A stretch of DNA of 64,000 nt from Macrostomum hystrix (taxonomy: Eukaryota; Animalia; Platyhelminthes). The notes under the pieces are model-generated. The model saw only the letters and a program-made list of their open reading frames with translations. It did no database searches and was not told the DNA's origin. Every line of letters starts with the position of its first letter. The stretch's first letter is position 1. The translations under genes were made by a program, and so were the position numbers. The DNA lies in contig CATNEN010000039.1 in assembly GCA_950097015.1 (NCBI GenBank), positions 7,812,001-7,876,000 on the forward strand, read 5' to 3'. This document shows positions 1-13,470 of this stretch, piece by piece.

Positions 1-61
1 ACGTTCGCAGCCCAGTAGGTGACAGTTGTGCGGCGGGACAAGATGTGTGTGGATCAGCGCG

Positions 62-97
<36 letters not shown>

Positions 98-1280
98 AAC
101 TCAAATGCTGTCGCCTCGGACACGTCTGCGAAAGTCGAACTTCTGTGATGGGCACAGTAGGAGTCTACGACTGCATTTTGACCGCCGAGACAAATGCTAT
201 TCAAGTATTTGAGAATGTCAAGTGCAAACGACATTTTTTGAGACCATTTCCGCTTTACACATTTTCACATTCATTCTTTAATTTGGAAAAGACAAGCAGA
301 AATATAATTCTGACAATGAAAGCACTAGAAGTGCCAGCGAAAAAATCTATAAAGCAAGCACCCTGTAAAAAACAACAGAGCCTTTTCAATTCAAACTTGC
401 CTTTTGTCTATTGCCAAATCTTGCCAACTGTGAAGCAAAAGAAGATCTAGTATAGAGAATACCCATAGACAGTTGAAGTGTGACACAATACATCATCGGT
501 GCACGCCCCAAGTGATTATGGCTCCAAAAGGTAATGGACAGTTTAGCAAGGCAGAAGGTTTGACAAGGTATGGCCATAGACATACGCTTAGACCTATTGT
601 TATTTATACGCTTTATAGACATTACCAATGGAGATTATAGTTCACTCAGCCTGTGAGGCTGCGCTAACAGTGGATAATCAGATTCCTGAATTAACCATAG
701 ATCAATACCAACTTTTCTACCTTTCAAATTACTTCCAAAGGCTTTAGCTTTAGCACAAAATTGCTAAAACGGTTTTGGGAAAAACAATACATTTTTCAAT
801 ATCGAAAACCAACCTGGAAACTTCCAGTCCGTCAGCCGGAAACAGCTGGGAGGCGACGTCGACCACTACAGCCTCGTCGGCGCCGTCATTTTCAACTTGC
901 CTTTTGTCACCCGCCGACTCCTGACTGATCGCGCCAAGTCTCCTCAGTCTCTGATAATATCTCAGGTGAGTTGGTGCGCTGCCTGACGATTCTCTGTCAG
1001 CTGATTCTCGACCGGCCTGCGATGCTCTCGACTTGCGCTTTCGATATCGTCGCCCGCTATCGCCGCCGCCGCCGTGGCCGCCGCCGCTGTCACCTCCACC
1101 GGCCACTGTTCGATGACGGTGCTGCGCTTGGCTGTAGCTGAGCATGCCGCAGCCAGCTGACTCTGAATCCTTGCCAACTTTGCGTGCGCCGCCGGTACCG
1201 TCTGTGTTGTCGCGATAATGACCAGCGACGCCTCCGCCAACTGCGCCGCTGGGACTCATGTAGGTTGGAACATACAGCAT
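1..1280 (-). CDS. 5' part of an unknown protein-coding gene (exons 1280-814 and 196-<1; runs off the left edge); Gly/Ser-rich N-terminus, basic RYRKRK motif, Q10 tract
   Basis: ATG at 1280 has an in-frame TAG upstream and a strong polypyrimidine-CAG acceptor at 1315-1314. Phase-2 donor AG|GTTGGT (intron starts 813) joins acceptor AATAG|C (exon starts 196), giving the open frame ...GLEVS-S-ICLGGQNAVVDSYCAHHRSSTFADVSEATAFELQ10KHALIHTHLVPPHNCHLLGCER. No family recognised. Confidence 0.7.
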
Positions 1281-2661
1281 TGGATGCCGGGCGGAGGCTT
1301 TATACTGCTAGAGCTGCGTGGAGAGACCAGGAGGAGGGAGACCTGCCAAGGTCGATTCTCATTGGTTGAGGCGAAATTTCTATTGCATTTCAAATCTTCG
1401 ATAGCTTACGACCTTCTTGACAACACTTGTATTGCAGTAATTGGCTTCGTATGCCATTTCCTGTAAGCGTATTCAGTACGTTTAGGCGAGTAAGATATCA
1501 AATAAATCTAATGAAAAAAGTCGCCATGTTTTTATCCTGTGCATAGCCCCTCTAATTATTTTAAATTTCAATTCTGCTTCTCAAATCCCGGCAAGAAGTG
1601 AGTTAATCCAGGTAGAATGTCTTTAGCATCGGCTGCTATGCCAGCGAGCTCGCTCGTAGACACTAAGGAATGACAAGCTTAGTTGACTTCGACCTCATTA
1701 GCCGGCCTGTCTCTGTTGCTACCCGTCTGCCTCGTTTGCTCGAATGCTCCAGTGCTGCCAGCTCCTCTTTCAACACTGTTTGGACCATAAAATAAAATGC
1801 TATCCTGCTGGGCTGCTTTACAGAGAGATTCAAACAGAACACAGTACTTGAAGTAGCGCGAAACGGGTGCATTTTATTCGTTCTGGATCAGCTAAGGATA
1901 GATAGAATATAAATGACAGTCGCAGCTATAGACTGCACACAGCTGTTCAGTCCATAGACTGGGCCAAACCAAACCTTAACTCAGGATTTTCTTGCATAGT
2001 TATTGGCGGGTAGATGTACTCGTAGTATGAAAAGAAACGACCTTGAAGACTTGAAATAGCACGCACATGTCGCATGAACTATTCTAAACCGGATAGCTAT
2101 GCAATCACGCAAACATTGCGTGCTTGCAAGGACGTGCTTGAGCCCGACATTCAAGGCTAAAAATAGAACATAAACAAACCTTGGGCTATCAAATTAAAAG
2201 TACAATACGGAGTAGGACACTTCAGTGAGTGTGCGCAGCTATCCATTTCAGTTTTTAATCAGTTCGGTGGCATTTTCTAATTCACATGCATCCATAACAC
2301 TTGCAGACTTCGAGCATATGAAATCGATATCTTCTGGACTGTACCCAAGTACATATTCGAATCCTAGCCTTTTTGAGTACCAAGATATTTTGAGAAGTGT
2401 GCAAATAAACTTTCACTACCTGTTCTTTTTTCAAGGATTTCTTCAGCGACCTTTATCAAGAGCCAAGACCAAAAATACTGCCCCTAAGTAGCCATCGTAA
2501 AGTGCAGACTTTAGCATCATCTTGCTGAGTTCCCACACAGCACACGAAATGCAGATCGAATTAGTAAAGAGATTGGACTAAATCACCTTGCACAACAAGA
2601 GTTAAAACTCTTCGAGCACTGTAATTCAGTTGCCTCATGCTAACTGTAGAGCACTAACAAG

Positions 2662-3420
2662 CTCTCACCCTACCTGTCTCCTTCTCTCACCCTACCTGCC
2701 TGCTTCTCTCACCCTACCTGCCTCCTTCTCTCACCCTACCTGCCTGCTTCTCTCACCCTACCTGCCTGCTTCTCTCACCCTACCTGCCTCCTTCTCTCAC
2801 CCTACCTGCCTGCTTCTCTCACCCTACCTGCCTCCTTCTCTCACCCTACCTGCCTCCTTCTCTCACCCTACCTGCCTCCTTCTCTCACCCTACCTGTCTC
2901 CTTCTCTCACCCTACCTGCCTGCTTCTCTCACCCTACCTGCCTCCTTCTCTCACCCTACCTGTCTCCTTCTCTCACCCTACCTGCCTCCTTCTCACCCTA
3001 CCTGTCTCCTTCTCTCACCCTACCTGCCTCCTTCTCACCCTACCTGTCTCCTTCTCACCCTACCTGTCTCCTTCTCTCACTTTACCTGTCTCCTTCTCTC
3101 ACTTTACCTGTCTCCATCTCTCACCCTACCTGCCTCCTTCTCACCCTACCTGTCTCCTTCTCTCACTTTACCTGTCTCCTTCTCTCACCCTACCTGCCTC
3201 CTTCTCACCCTACCTGTCTCCTTCTCTCACTTTACCTGTCTCCCTCTCTCACTTTACCTGTCTCCTTCTCTCACTTTACCTGTCTCCTTCTCTCACCCTA
3301 CCTGCCTCCTTCTCACCCTACCTGTCTCCTTCTCTCACTTTACCTGTCTCCTTCTCTCACTTTACCTGTCTCCATCTCTCACCCTACCTGTCTCCTTCTC
3401 TCACCCTACCTGTCTCCTAT
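2662..3420. repeat. 22-bp (some 20-bp) pyrimidine-rich minisatellite ACCCTACCTG(C/T)CTCCTTCTCTC, about 35 copies
   Basis: Direct tandem repetition; the overlying ORF has a 22-aa (3 x 22 nt) period. Confidence 0.97.
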
Positions 3421-4139
3421 CTCCTTCTCCTCTCCTCTCTGCTTTTATTGAGGCACTCTTCCTTTCTTCCCCCAATTAATCCCATTCCTTCCCTCTATCT
3501 TTGAGCATAGTGCTCAAGTGTCAGGAAGTACTAAAATATCGCTTCAAGATTCGAGAGCACGCGTCACCTAAAGGCCCTTACGGCCAAAATGAATTCACAC
3601 TTTCCTGACCCATCTGCAGCTAATATAATTGCCCTAGCTTACCGCTCAGTACCACATGTGTCCACCAAGATCTATGACACACTTCCATATCTGCCTTAGC
3701 AACGTCAGCATCAGTTTCCATTTCCACCTCCTAGCATCATATTCTCATATTCACATCTCCTTATAGAATCAAGCATTCCTACTAAATTCCACTTCTTGAG
3801 CATTGCTTCCTTTTCCAATTCTTTTACTTTGTGAGCGACTAAATTAGAGCTTTGTGGGGCCTAATTGCAGAGCGCACAAAGGGTTAGACCTTGGCGCGCA
3901 AGTCCGAAAGCAATCGCAAAGGTTTCTTCCTGTGTTCGTTGCCTTTGAACTTGCTGCCAATTATATCTTGGCAGTTATCCGGCTCCACGCCCTGTTTGAA
4001 ATCTGAGAGCCCCAGTGCAGCTAGAAATTCACCATCAATTGAGTTCAATTAGCAGTTAAGATAGCGAAAAATCTAAAAAATATTCGGCAATTAAAAAACA
4101 CGAACTGCTTATTATCTAATATACTCGCAATGTGCTAGG

Positions 4140-6925
4140 CGGGTATGAGGTTGTTGGTGTGATAGGCGATGGTATGGTATGCGAGGTAGTTGGTATGATG
4201 AGGTGGTGGGTATGATGAGGTGGCTGGTATGATGAGGTGGTGGGTATGACGAGGTGGTGGGTATGATGAGGTGGTTGGTATGATGAGGTGGTGGGTATGA
4301 TGAGGTGGTGGGTATGACGAGGTGGTGGGTATGATGAGGTGGTTGGTATGATGAGGTGGTTGGTATGATGAGGTGGTTGGTATGATGAGGTGGTGGGTAT
4401 GATGAGGTGGTGGGTATGATGATGTTGTAAGTATGATGAGTTGGTTGGTATGAGGTGGTGGGTATGATGAGGTGGTGGGTATGATGAGGTGGTGGGTATG
4501 ATGAGGTGGTGGGTATGATGAGGTGGTTGGTATGATGAGGTGGTGGGTATGACGAGGTGGTGGGTATGATGATGTTGTAAGTATGATGAGTTGGTTGGTA
4601 TGAGGTGGTGGGTATGATGAGGTGGTGGGTATGATGAGGTGGTGGGTATGATGAGGTGGTGGGCATGATGAGGTGGTGGGTATGATGAGGTGGTTGGTAT
4701 GATGAGGTGGTTGGTATGATGAGGTGGTTGGTATGATGAGGTGGTGGGTATGACGAGGTGGTGGGTATGATGATGTTGTAAGTATGATGAGTTGGTTGGT
4801 ATGAGGTGGTGGGTATGATGAGGTGGTGGGTATGATGAGGTGGTGGGTATGATGAGGTGGTGGGTATGACGAGGTTGTGGGTATGATGAGGTGGTTGGTA
4901 TGATGAGGTGGTTGGTATGATGAGGTGGTTGGTATGATGAGGTGGTGGGTATGATGAGGTGGTGGGTATGATGATGTTGTAAGTATGATGAGTTGGTTGG
5001 TATGAGGTGGTGGGTATGATGAGGTGGTGGGTATGATGAGGTGGTGGGTATGATGAGGTGGTGGGTATGATGAGGTGGTTGGTATGATGAGGTGGTGGGT
5101 ATGACGAGGTGGTGGGTATGATGATGTTGTAAGTATGATGAGTTGGTTGGTATGAGGTGGTGGGTATGATGAGGTGGTGGGTATGATGAGGTGGTGGGTA
5201 TGATGAGGTGGTGGGCATGATGAGGTGGTGGGTATGATGAGGTTGTGGGTATGATGATGTTGTAAGTATGATGAGTTGGTTGGTATCAGGTGGTGGGTAT
5301 GATGAGGTGGTGGGTATGATGAGGTGGTGGGTATGATGAGGTTGTGGGTATGATGATGTTGTAAGTATGATGAGTTGGTTGGTATGAGGTGGTTGGTATG
5401 ATGACGTGGTGGGTATGATGAGTTGGTTGGTATGAGGTGGTGGGTATGATGAGGTGGTGGGTATGATGAGGTGGTTGGTATGATGAGGTGGTGGGTATGA
5501 CGAGGTGGTGGGTATGATGAGGTGGTGGGTATGACGAGGTGGTGGGTATGATGAGGTGGTGGGTATGATGAGGTGGTTGGTATGATGAGGTGGTGGGTAT
5601 GATGAGGTGGTGGGTATGACGAGGTGGTGGGTATGATGAGGTGGTTGGTATGATGAGGTGGTGGGTATGATGAGGTGGTTGGTATGATGAGGTGGTGGGT
5701 ATGACGAGGTGGTGGGTATGATGAGGTGGTTGGTATGATGAGGTGGTGGGTATGATGAGGTGGTTGGTATGATGAGGTGGTGGGTATGATGAGGTGGTGG
5801 GTATGATGATGTTGTAAGTATGATGAGTTGGTTGGTATGATGAGGTGGTGGGTATGATGAGGTGGTTGGTATGATGAGGTGGTGGGTATGACGAGGTGGT
5901 GGGTATGATGAGGTGGTTGGTATGATGAGGTGGTGGGTATGATGAGGTGGTGGGTATAATGAGGTGGTGGGTATGATGATGTTGCAAGTATGATGAGTTG
6001 GTTGGTATGATGAGGTGGTGGGTATGATGCGGTTGTGGGTATGATGAGGTGGGTGGTTGGTATGAGGTGGTGGGTATGAGGTGATGGGTATGAGGTGATG
6101 GGTATGATGAGGTGGTGGGTATGATGATGTTGCAAGTATGATGAGTTGGTTGGTATGATGAGGTGGTGGGTATGATGCGGTTGTGGGTATGATGAGGTGG
6201 TGGGTATGATGAGGTTGTGGGTATGATGAGGAGGTTGGTATGAGGTGGTGGGTATGATGAGGTGGTTGGTATGAGGTGGTGGGTATGAGGTGATGGGTAT
6301 GAGGTGATGGGTATGATGAGGTGGTTGGTATGAGGTGGTGGGTATGAGGTGATGGGTATGATGAGGTGGTTGGTATGAGTTGGTGGGTATGATGAGGTTG
6401 TGGGTATGAGGTGGTGGGTATGATGAGGTGGTTGGTATGAGGTGGTGGGTATGATGAGGTGGTTGGTATGAGGTAGTGGGTATGAGGTGGTAGGTATGAT
6501 GAGGTGGTGGATATGATGAGGTGGTGGGTATGAGGTGGTGGGTATGATGAGGTGGTGTGTATTAGGTGATGGGTGTGATGAGGTGGTGGGTATGATGAGG
6601 TGGTGGGTATGATGAGGTGGTTGGTATGAGGTGGTTGGTATGAGGTGGTGGGAATGAGGTGATGGGTATGAGGTGATGGGTATGATGAGGTGGTTGGTTT
6701 GAGTTGGTGGGTATGATGAGGTGGTGGGTATGAGGTGGTGGGTATGATGAGATGGTTGGTATGAGGTGGTGGGTATGATGAGGTGGTTGGTATGAGGTGG
6801 TGGGTATGAGGTGGTAGGTATGATGAGGTGGTGGATATGATGAGGTGGTGGGTATGAGGTGGTGGGTATGAGGTGGTGGGTGTGAGGTGGTGGATGTGAT
6901 GGGGTGGCGGGTGCGATAAGTGGTG
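4140..6925. repeat. 17-bp G-rich satellite GTATGATGAGGTGGTGG, with 14-bp variants toward the right end, about 165 units
   Basis: Direct tandem repetition; the recurrent variant block GATGTTGTAAGTATGATGAGTTGGTTGG marks higher-order duplications. Confidence 0.98.
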
Positions 6926-7189
6926 GGTGCACCAAAAGTTGTCCAAAGCCATTAGCGCCGTGATGCATTTTTCACTGTACATGACTATCGGAATTCTGGT
7001 ATGTCGATGGCAAACTAAAGACAGAAGCAATTTTCTTAATAGACTGCGTCTAATAGTGTACCAGTTGGTTTTTGATTCACTTTTAATCATTGCGATGATT
7101 GTGCGGCCCATGAAAAAGCTCATTTTGCTAACTACTAGCGGTTGCTAGGTTACAAGTACATACGAACTTACTCAGCGGATTCTACTCAC

Positions 7190-7500
7190 CAAACCCATGC
7201 CTGCGGCAGGCTCAGACAAGCTCTGTACTAATAGTGAATTTGAGTAGGCAAGTCAGCTAGAGAACTCCCTAAAGGCCTCCTTATCCTCGCTAGGGTTCGA
7301 AGTTGTCCTTATGGGAACCCATTGGATGGCGCCGAGACAGCCTGTGATTGCCGTGTCTCATGCAGCCCGAACTGTAGCTGCCGGATTAACCGTTATTTGG
7401 AGCAGTCTCAGTCAGCAGCATCGCTACTTTACCGATCTGCCCAGCAGAACCCACCGTTGGCTCAGCCTGTCACTGGCTTTAAACCAACAATGTTTCTACC
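7190..7500 (-). other. Candidate non-coding (5' UTR) exon between the two 17-bp arrays
   Basis: Consensus donor G|GTGAGTAG with GT at 7189-7188 and a TTTTCAG acceptor near 7503. It could splice to the acceptor at 1314 of the left-edge gene. Inference only. Confidence 0.35.
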
Positions 7501-7615
7501 GACTGAAAATCACTGCAAATCCTAACGCGTCTGCGTTCGCTACTGCCGAATCATAATCTGACTGCACTAGTAAACGGCTCACTAATATGCCAAAGCAGAT
7601 TGTATGTATGCTTGG

Positions 7616-10600
7616 AGCACCCAACACTCCACAGCATCCGCCACTCCACAGCACCCACCACACTACAGCACCCACCACTCCACAGCACCCACCACTCCAA
7701 AGCACCCACCACACTACAGCACCCACCACTCCAAAGCACCCACCACACTACAGCACCCACCACTCCACAGCACCCACCACTCCACAGCACCCACCACTCC
7801 AAAGCACCCACCACTCCAAAGCACCCACCACACTACAGCACCCACCACTCCACAGCACCCACCACTCCACAGCACCCACCACTCCAAAGCACCCACCACA
7901 CTACAGCACCCACCACTCCACAGCACCCACCACTCCAAAGCACCCACCACACTACAGCACCCACCACTCCACAGCACCCAACACTCCACAGCACCCACCA
8001 CTCCACAGCACCCACCACTCCACAGCACCCAACACTCCACAGCACCCACCACTCCACAGCACCCAACACTCCACAGCACCCACCACTCCACAGCACCCAC
8101 CACTCCAAAGCACCCACCACACTACAGCACCCACCACTCCACAGCACCCACCACTCCAAAGCACCCACCACACTACAGCACCCACCACTCCACAGCACCC
8201 AACACTCCACAGCACCCACCACTCCACAGCACCCACCACTCCACAGCACCCAACACTCCACAGCACCCACCACTCCACAGCACCCAACACTCCACAGCAC
8301 CCACCACTCCACAGCACCCACCACTCCAAAGCACCCACCACACTACAGCACCCACCACTCCACAGCACCCACCACTCCAAAGCACCCACCACACTACAGC
8401 ACCCACCACTCCACAGCACCCAACACTCCACAGCACCCACCACTCCACAGCACCCACCACTCCAAAGCACCCACCACACTACAGCACCCGCCACTCCAAA
8501 GCACCCAACACTCCACAGCACCCACCACTCCACAGCACCCACCACTCCACAGCACCCAACACTCCACAGCACCCACCACTCCACAGCACCCACCACTCCA
8601 AAGCACCCACCACTCCACAGCACCCACCACTCCACAGCACCCACCACTCCAAAGCACCCACCACTCCACAGCACCCACCACTCCACAGCACCCACCACTC
8701 CACAGCACCCACCACTCCACAGCACCCAACACTCCACAGCACCCACCACTCCAAAGCACCCACCACTCCACAGCACCCACCACTCCACAGCACCCACCAC
8801 TCCACAGCACCCACCACTCCAAAGCACCCACCACTCCACAGCACCCACCACTCCACAGCACCCACCACTCCACAGCACCCACCACTCCACAGCACCCACC
8901 ACTCCACAGCACCCACCACTCCAAAGCACCCACCACTCCAAAGCACCCACCACTCCAAAGCACCCACCACTCCACAGCACCCACCACTCCACAGCACCCA
9001 ACACTCCAAAGCACCCACCACTCCACAGCACCCACCACTCCACAGCACCCACCACTCCACAGCACCCACCACTCCACAGCACCCACCACTTCAAAGCACC
9101 CAACACTCCACAGCACCCACCACTCCACAGCACCCACCACTCCAAAGCACCCACCACACTACAGCACCCACCACTCCACAGCACCCACCACTCCACAGCA
9201 CCCACCACTCCAAAGCACCCACCACACTACAGCACCCACCACTCCACAGCACCCACCACTCCAAAGCACCCACCACACTACAGCACCCACCACTCCACAG
9301 CACCCAACACTCCACAGCACCCACCACTCCACAGCACCCACCACTCCACAGCACCCAACACTCCACAGCACCCACCACTCCACAGCACCCAACACTCCAC
9401 AGCACCCACCACTCCACAGCACCCACCACTCCAAAGCACCCACCACACTACAGCACCCACCACTCCACAGCACCCACCACTCCAAAGCACCCACCACACT
9501 ACAGCACCCACCACTCCACAGCACCCAACACTCCACAGCACCCACCACTCCACAGCACCCACCACTCCACAGCACCCAACACTCCACAGCACCCACCACT
9601 CCACAGCACCCAACACTCCACAGCACCCACCACTCCACAGCACCCACCACTCCAAAGCACCCACCACACTACAGCACCCACCACTCCACAGCACCCACCA
9701 CTCCAAAGCACCCACCACACTACAGCACCCACCACTCCACAGCACCCAACACTCCACAGCACCCACCACTCCACAGCACCCACCACTCCAAAGCACCCAC
9801 CACACTACAGCACCCGCCACTCCAAAGCACCCAACACTCCACAGCACCCACCACTCCACAGCACCCACCACTCCACAGCACCCAACACTCCACAGCACCC
9901 ACCACTCCACAGCACCCACCACTCCAAAGCACCCACCACTCCACAGCACCCACCACTCCACAGCACCCACCACTCCAAAGCACCCACCACTCCACAGCAC
10001 CCAACACTCCACAGCACCCACCACTCCACAGCACCCACCACTCCACAGCACCCACCACTCCACAGCACCCACCACTCCAAAGCACCCACCACTCCACAGC
10101 ACCCACCACTCCACAGCACCCACCACTCCACAGCACCCACCACTCCACAGCACCCACCACTCCACAGCACCCACCACTCCACAGCACCCACCACTCCACA
10201 GCACCCACCACTCCACAGCACCCACCACTCCAAAGCACCCACCACTCCACAGCACCCACCACTCCAACAGCACCCACCACTCCACAGCACCCACCACTCC
10301 ACAGCACCCACCACTCCAAAGCACCCACCACTCCACAGCACCCACCACTCCACAGCACCCACCACTCCACAGCACCCACCACTCCACAGCACCCACCACT
10401 CCACAGCACCCACCACTCCACAGCACCCACCACTCCACAGCACCCACCACTCCAACAGCACCCACCACTCCACAGCACCCACCACTCCACAGCACCCACC
10501 ACTCCACAGCACCCAACACTCCACAGCACCCACCACTCCAAAGCACCCACCACTCCACAGCACCCACCACTCCACAGCACCCACCACTCCACAGCACCCA

Positions 10601-12430
10601 CCACTCCACAGCACCCACCACTCCAAAGCACCCACCACTCCACAGCACCCACCACTCCACAGCACCCACCACTCCACAGCACCCACCACTCCACAGCACC
10701 CACCACTCCACAGCACCCACCACTCCACAGCACCCACCACTCCACAGCACCCACCACTCCAAAGCACCCACCACTCCACAGCACCCACCACTCCACAGCA
10801 CCCACCACTCCACAGCACCCACCACTCCACAGCACCCACCACTCCAAAGCACCCACCACTCCACAGCACCCACCACTCCACAGCACCCACCACACTACAA
10901 GCACCCACCACTCCACAGCACCCACCACTCCACAGCACCCACCACTCCACAGCACCCACCACTCCACAGCACCCACCACTCCACAGCACCCACCACTCCA
11001 CAGCACCCACCACTCCACAGCACCCACCACTCCACAGCACCCACCACTCCAAAGCACCCACCACTCCAAAGCACCCACCACTCCACAGCACCCACCACTC
11101 CACAGCACCCAACACTCCAAAGCACCCACCACTCCACAGCACCCACCACTCCACAGCACCCACCACTCCACAGCACCCACCACTCCACAGCACCCAACAC
11201 TCCAAAGCACCCACCACTCCACAGCACCCAACACTCCACAGCACCCACCACTCCAAAGCACCCACCACTCCACAGCACCCACCACTCCATAGCACCCACC
11301 ACTCCACAGCACCCACCACTCCAAAGCACCCACCACTCCACAGCACCCACCACTCCAAAGCACCCACCACACTACAGCACCCACCACTCCACAGCACCCA
11401 CCACTCCACAGCACCCACCACTCCAAAGCACCCACCACTCCACAGCACCCACCACTCCACAGCACCCACCACTCCACAGCACCCACCACTCCACAGCACC
11501 CACCACTCCACAGCACCCACCACTCCACAGCACCCAACACTCCACAGCACCCACCACTCCACAGCACCCACCACTCCAAAGCACCCACCACTCCACAGCA
11601 CCTACCACTCCACAGCACCCACCACTCCAAAGCACCCAACACTCCACAGCACCCACCACTCCACAGCACCCACCACTCCACAGCACCCAACACTCCACAG
11701 CACCCACCACTCCACAGCACCCACCACTCCAAAGCACCCACCACTCCACAGCACCCACCACTCCAAAGCACCCACCACTCCACAGCACCCACCACTCCAA
11801 AGCACCCACCACTCCAAAGCACCCACCACTCCACAGCACCCACCACTCCACAGCACCCAACACTCCACAGCACCCACCACTCCAAAGCACCCACCACTCC
11901 ACAGCACCCACCACTCCACAGCACCCACCACTCCACAGCACCCACCACTCCACAGCACCCACCACTCCAAAGCACCCACCACTCCACAGCACCCACCACT
12001 CCAAAGCACCCACCACTCCACAGCACCCACCACTCCAAAGCACCCACCACTCCAAAGCACCCACCACTCCACAGCACCCACCACTCCACAGCACCCACCA
12101 CTCCAAAGCACCCACCACACTACAGCACCCACCACTCCACAGCACCCAACACTCCACAGCACCCACCACTCCACAGCACCCACCACTCCAAAGCACCCAC
12201 CACACTACAGCACCCACCACTCCACAGCACCCACCACTCCACAGCACCCACCACTCCAAAGCACCCACCACACTACAGCACCCACCACTCCACAGCACCC
12301 AACACTCCACAGCACCCACCACTCCACAGCACCCAACACTCTAAAGCACCCAACACTCCAAAGCACCCACCACTCCAAAGCACCCACCACACTACAGCAC
12401 CCACCACTCCACAGCACCCACCACTCCACA
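7616..12430. repeat. 17-bp C-rich satellite GCACCCACCACTCCACA, about 280 units, with a 1326-bp (78-unit) higher-order duplication
   Basis: Direct tandem repetition; identical ORF blocks are offset by 1326 (7833/9159, 8173/9499) and the rare variant CACCCGCCAC occurs at 8485 and 9811. Confidence 0.98.
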
Positions 12431-12602
12431 GCGCCCGCCGTCACCACCCCACAGCGCCCGCCGTCACCACCCCACAGCGCCCGCCGTCACCACCCCACAG
12501 CGCCCGCCGTCACCACCCCACAGAGCCCGCCGTCACCACCCCACAGCGCCCGCCGTCACCACCCCACAGCGCCCGCCGTCACCACCCCACAGCGCCCGCC
12601 GT
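12427..12602. repeat. 23-bp GC-rich minisatellite CACAGCGCCCGCCGTCACCACCC, about 7 copies, abutting the 17-mer array
   Basis: Direct tandem repetition. Confidence 0.93.
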
Positions 12603-13023
12603 TTCACAGCACTCGCTGAGCCAGAATACTAACCAAGCCAGAGCATTTAGCTTATAAATATAATTAAAAAAAGAAAAGAAAACGCAAGCTGATTTATTAT
12701 AAAACAAAGACTTTTGAATGTTGCCGAATTTTTTCTATTAGATTGTACATACATTTTACATATAATTTACATCACATATTTGAATTTAAGTGCTGAATCA
12801 AATGCACAAAACTATACTACATAGAGTAGATAAACTAGAATTTTTATACACTAAAATTAATCGATGCTAAAATTGAGACAATTTTCAGAAAAATCTTAGC
12901 TGTAATTAAGACACGAGTTAGTTAGGTTAAATTTTAGATGAATAATGGAAAAACAGGAAATTTTTCTGTAACAGTAAAAAACCGTTAACAACTTTTGTCT
13001 GCAATGAAGCAGTGATTGGCACC

Positions 13024-13439
13024 CTATCGATTTGAGTCTCCAATAAGGTATCCAACAGAGAAGTCAGAAGATGACACCTGCTGGTGATTAGACTGATGCT
13101 GCTGCTGCTGCTGCTGCTGTTGCAACGCCATCGCGTAGGGCGGACTGGGACAGTCGCTGGCGAAGCTGACCTGTTGAACAGTCCAGTGCTCCTGCGGCTG
13201 CTGATGATGCTGCAGCTGGGCAGTCGATGTCACAACCACAGCTGGCTGGCCGCAGCATTCAACGTGAGATGAGCCGCTGGACATGCTTGGATTGCCCCAC
13301 AGGATTTCATCCAGCAGGCTCTGATGCTGCTGCTGCTGATGCTGGTGAGTGTGATGGCCTGATGGACAGACAATTGAGACTGAATCCGCTGGCTGGGGCG
13401 CTACCACTGCTGGACGCCAGATTCCTGGATGCTGATGAA

Positions 13440-13470
<31 letters not shown>

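Noticed and set aside
1-1000. SLC38A9 identity for the left-edge gene (RYYQRL and ALIHTHLVP resemble its N-terminal motifs)
   Set aside because: Only short, widely spaced similarities; the diagnostic TM region would lie outside the window
4112-7123. 1003/666/560-aa HHTHHLIIPTT ORFs
   Set aside because: Same artefact from the 17/14-bp array; three frames are open
7587-12619. 1230-1671-aa His/Pro/Thr-rich ORFs, and W/C/V/G-rich antisense ORFs, as mucin or adhesive proteins
   Set aside because: The 17-bp unit lacks stops, so all three frames give the same peptide. The period is not a multiple of 3, indels are tolerated and there is no signal peptide: satellite artefact.
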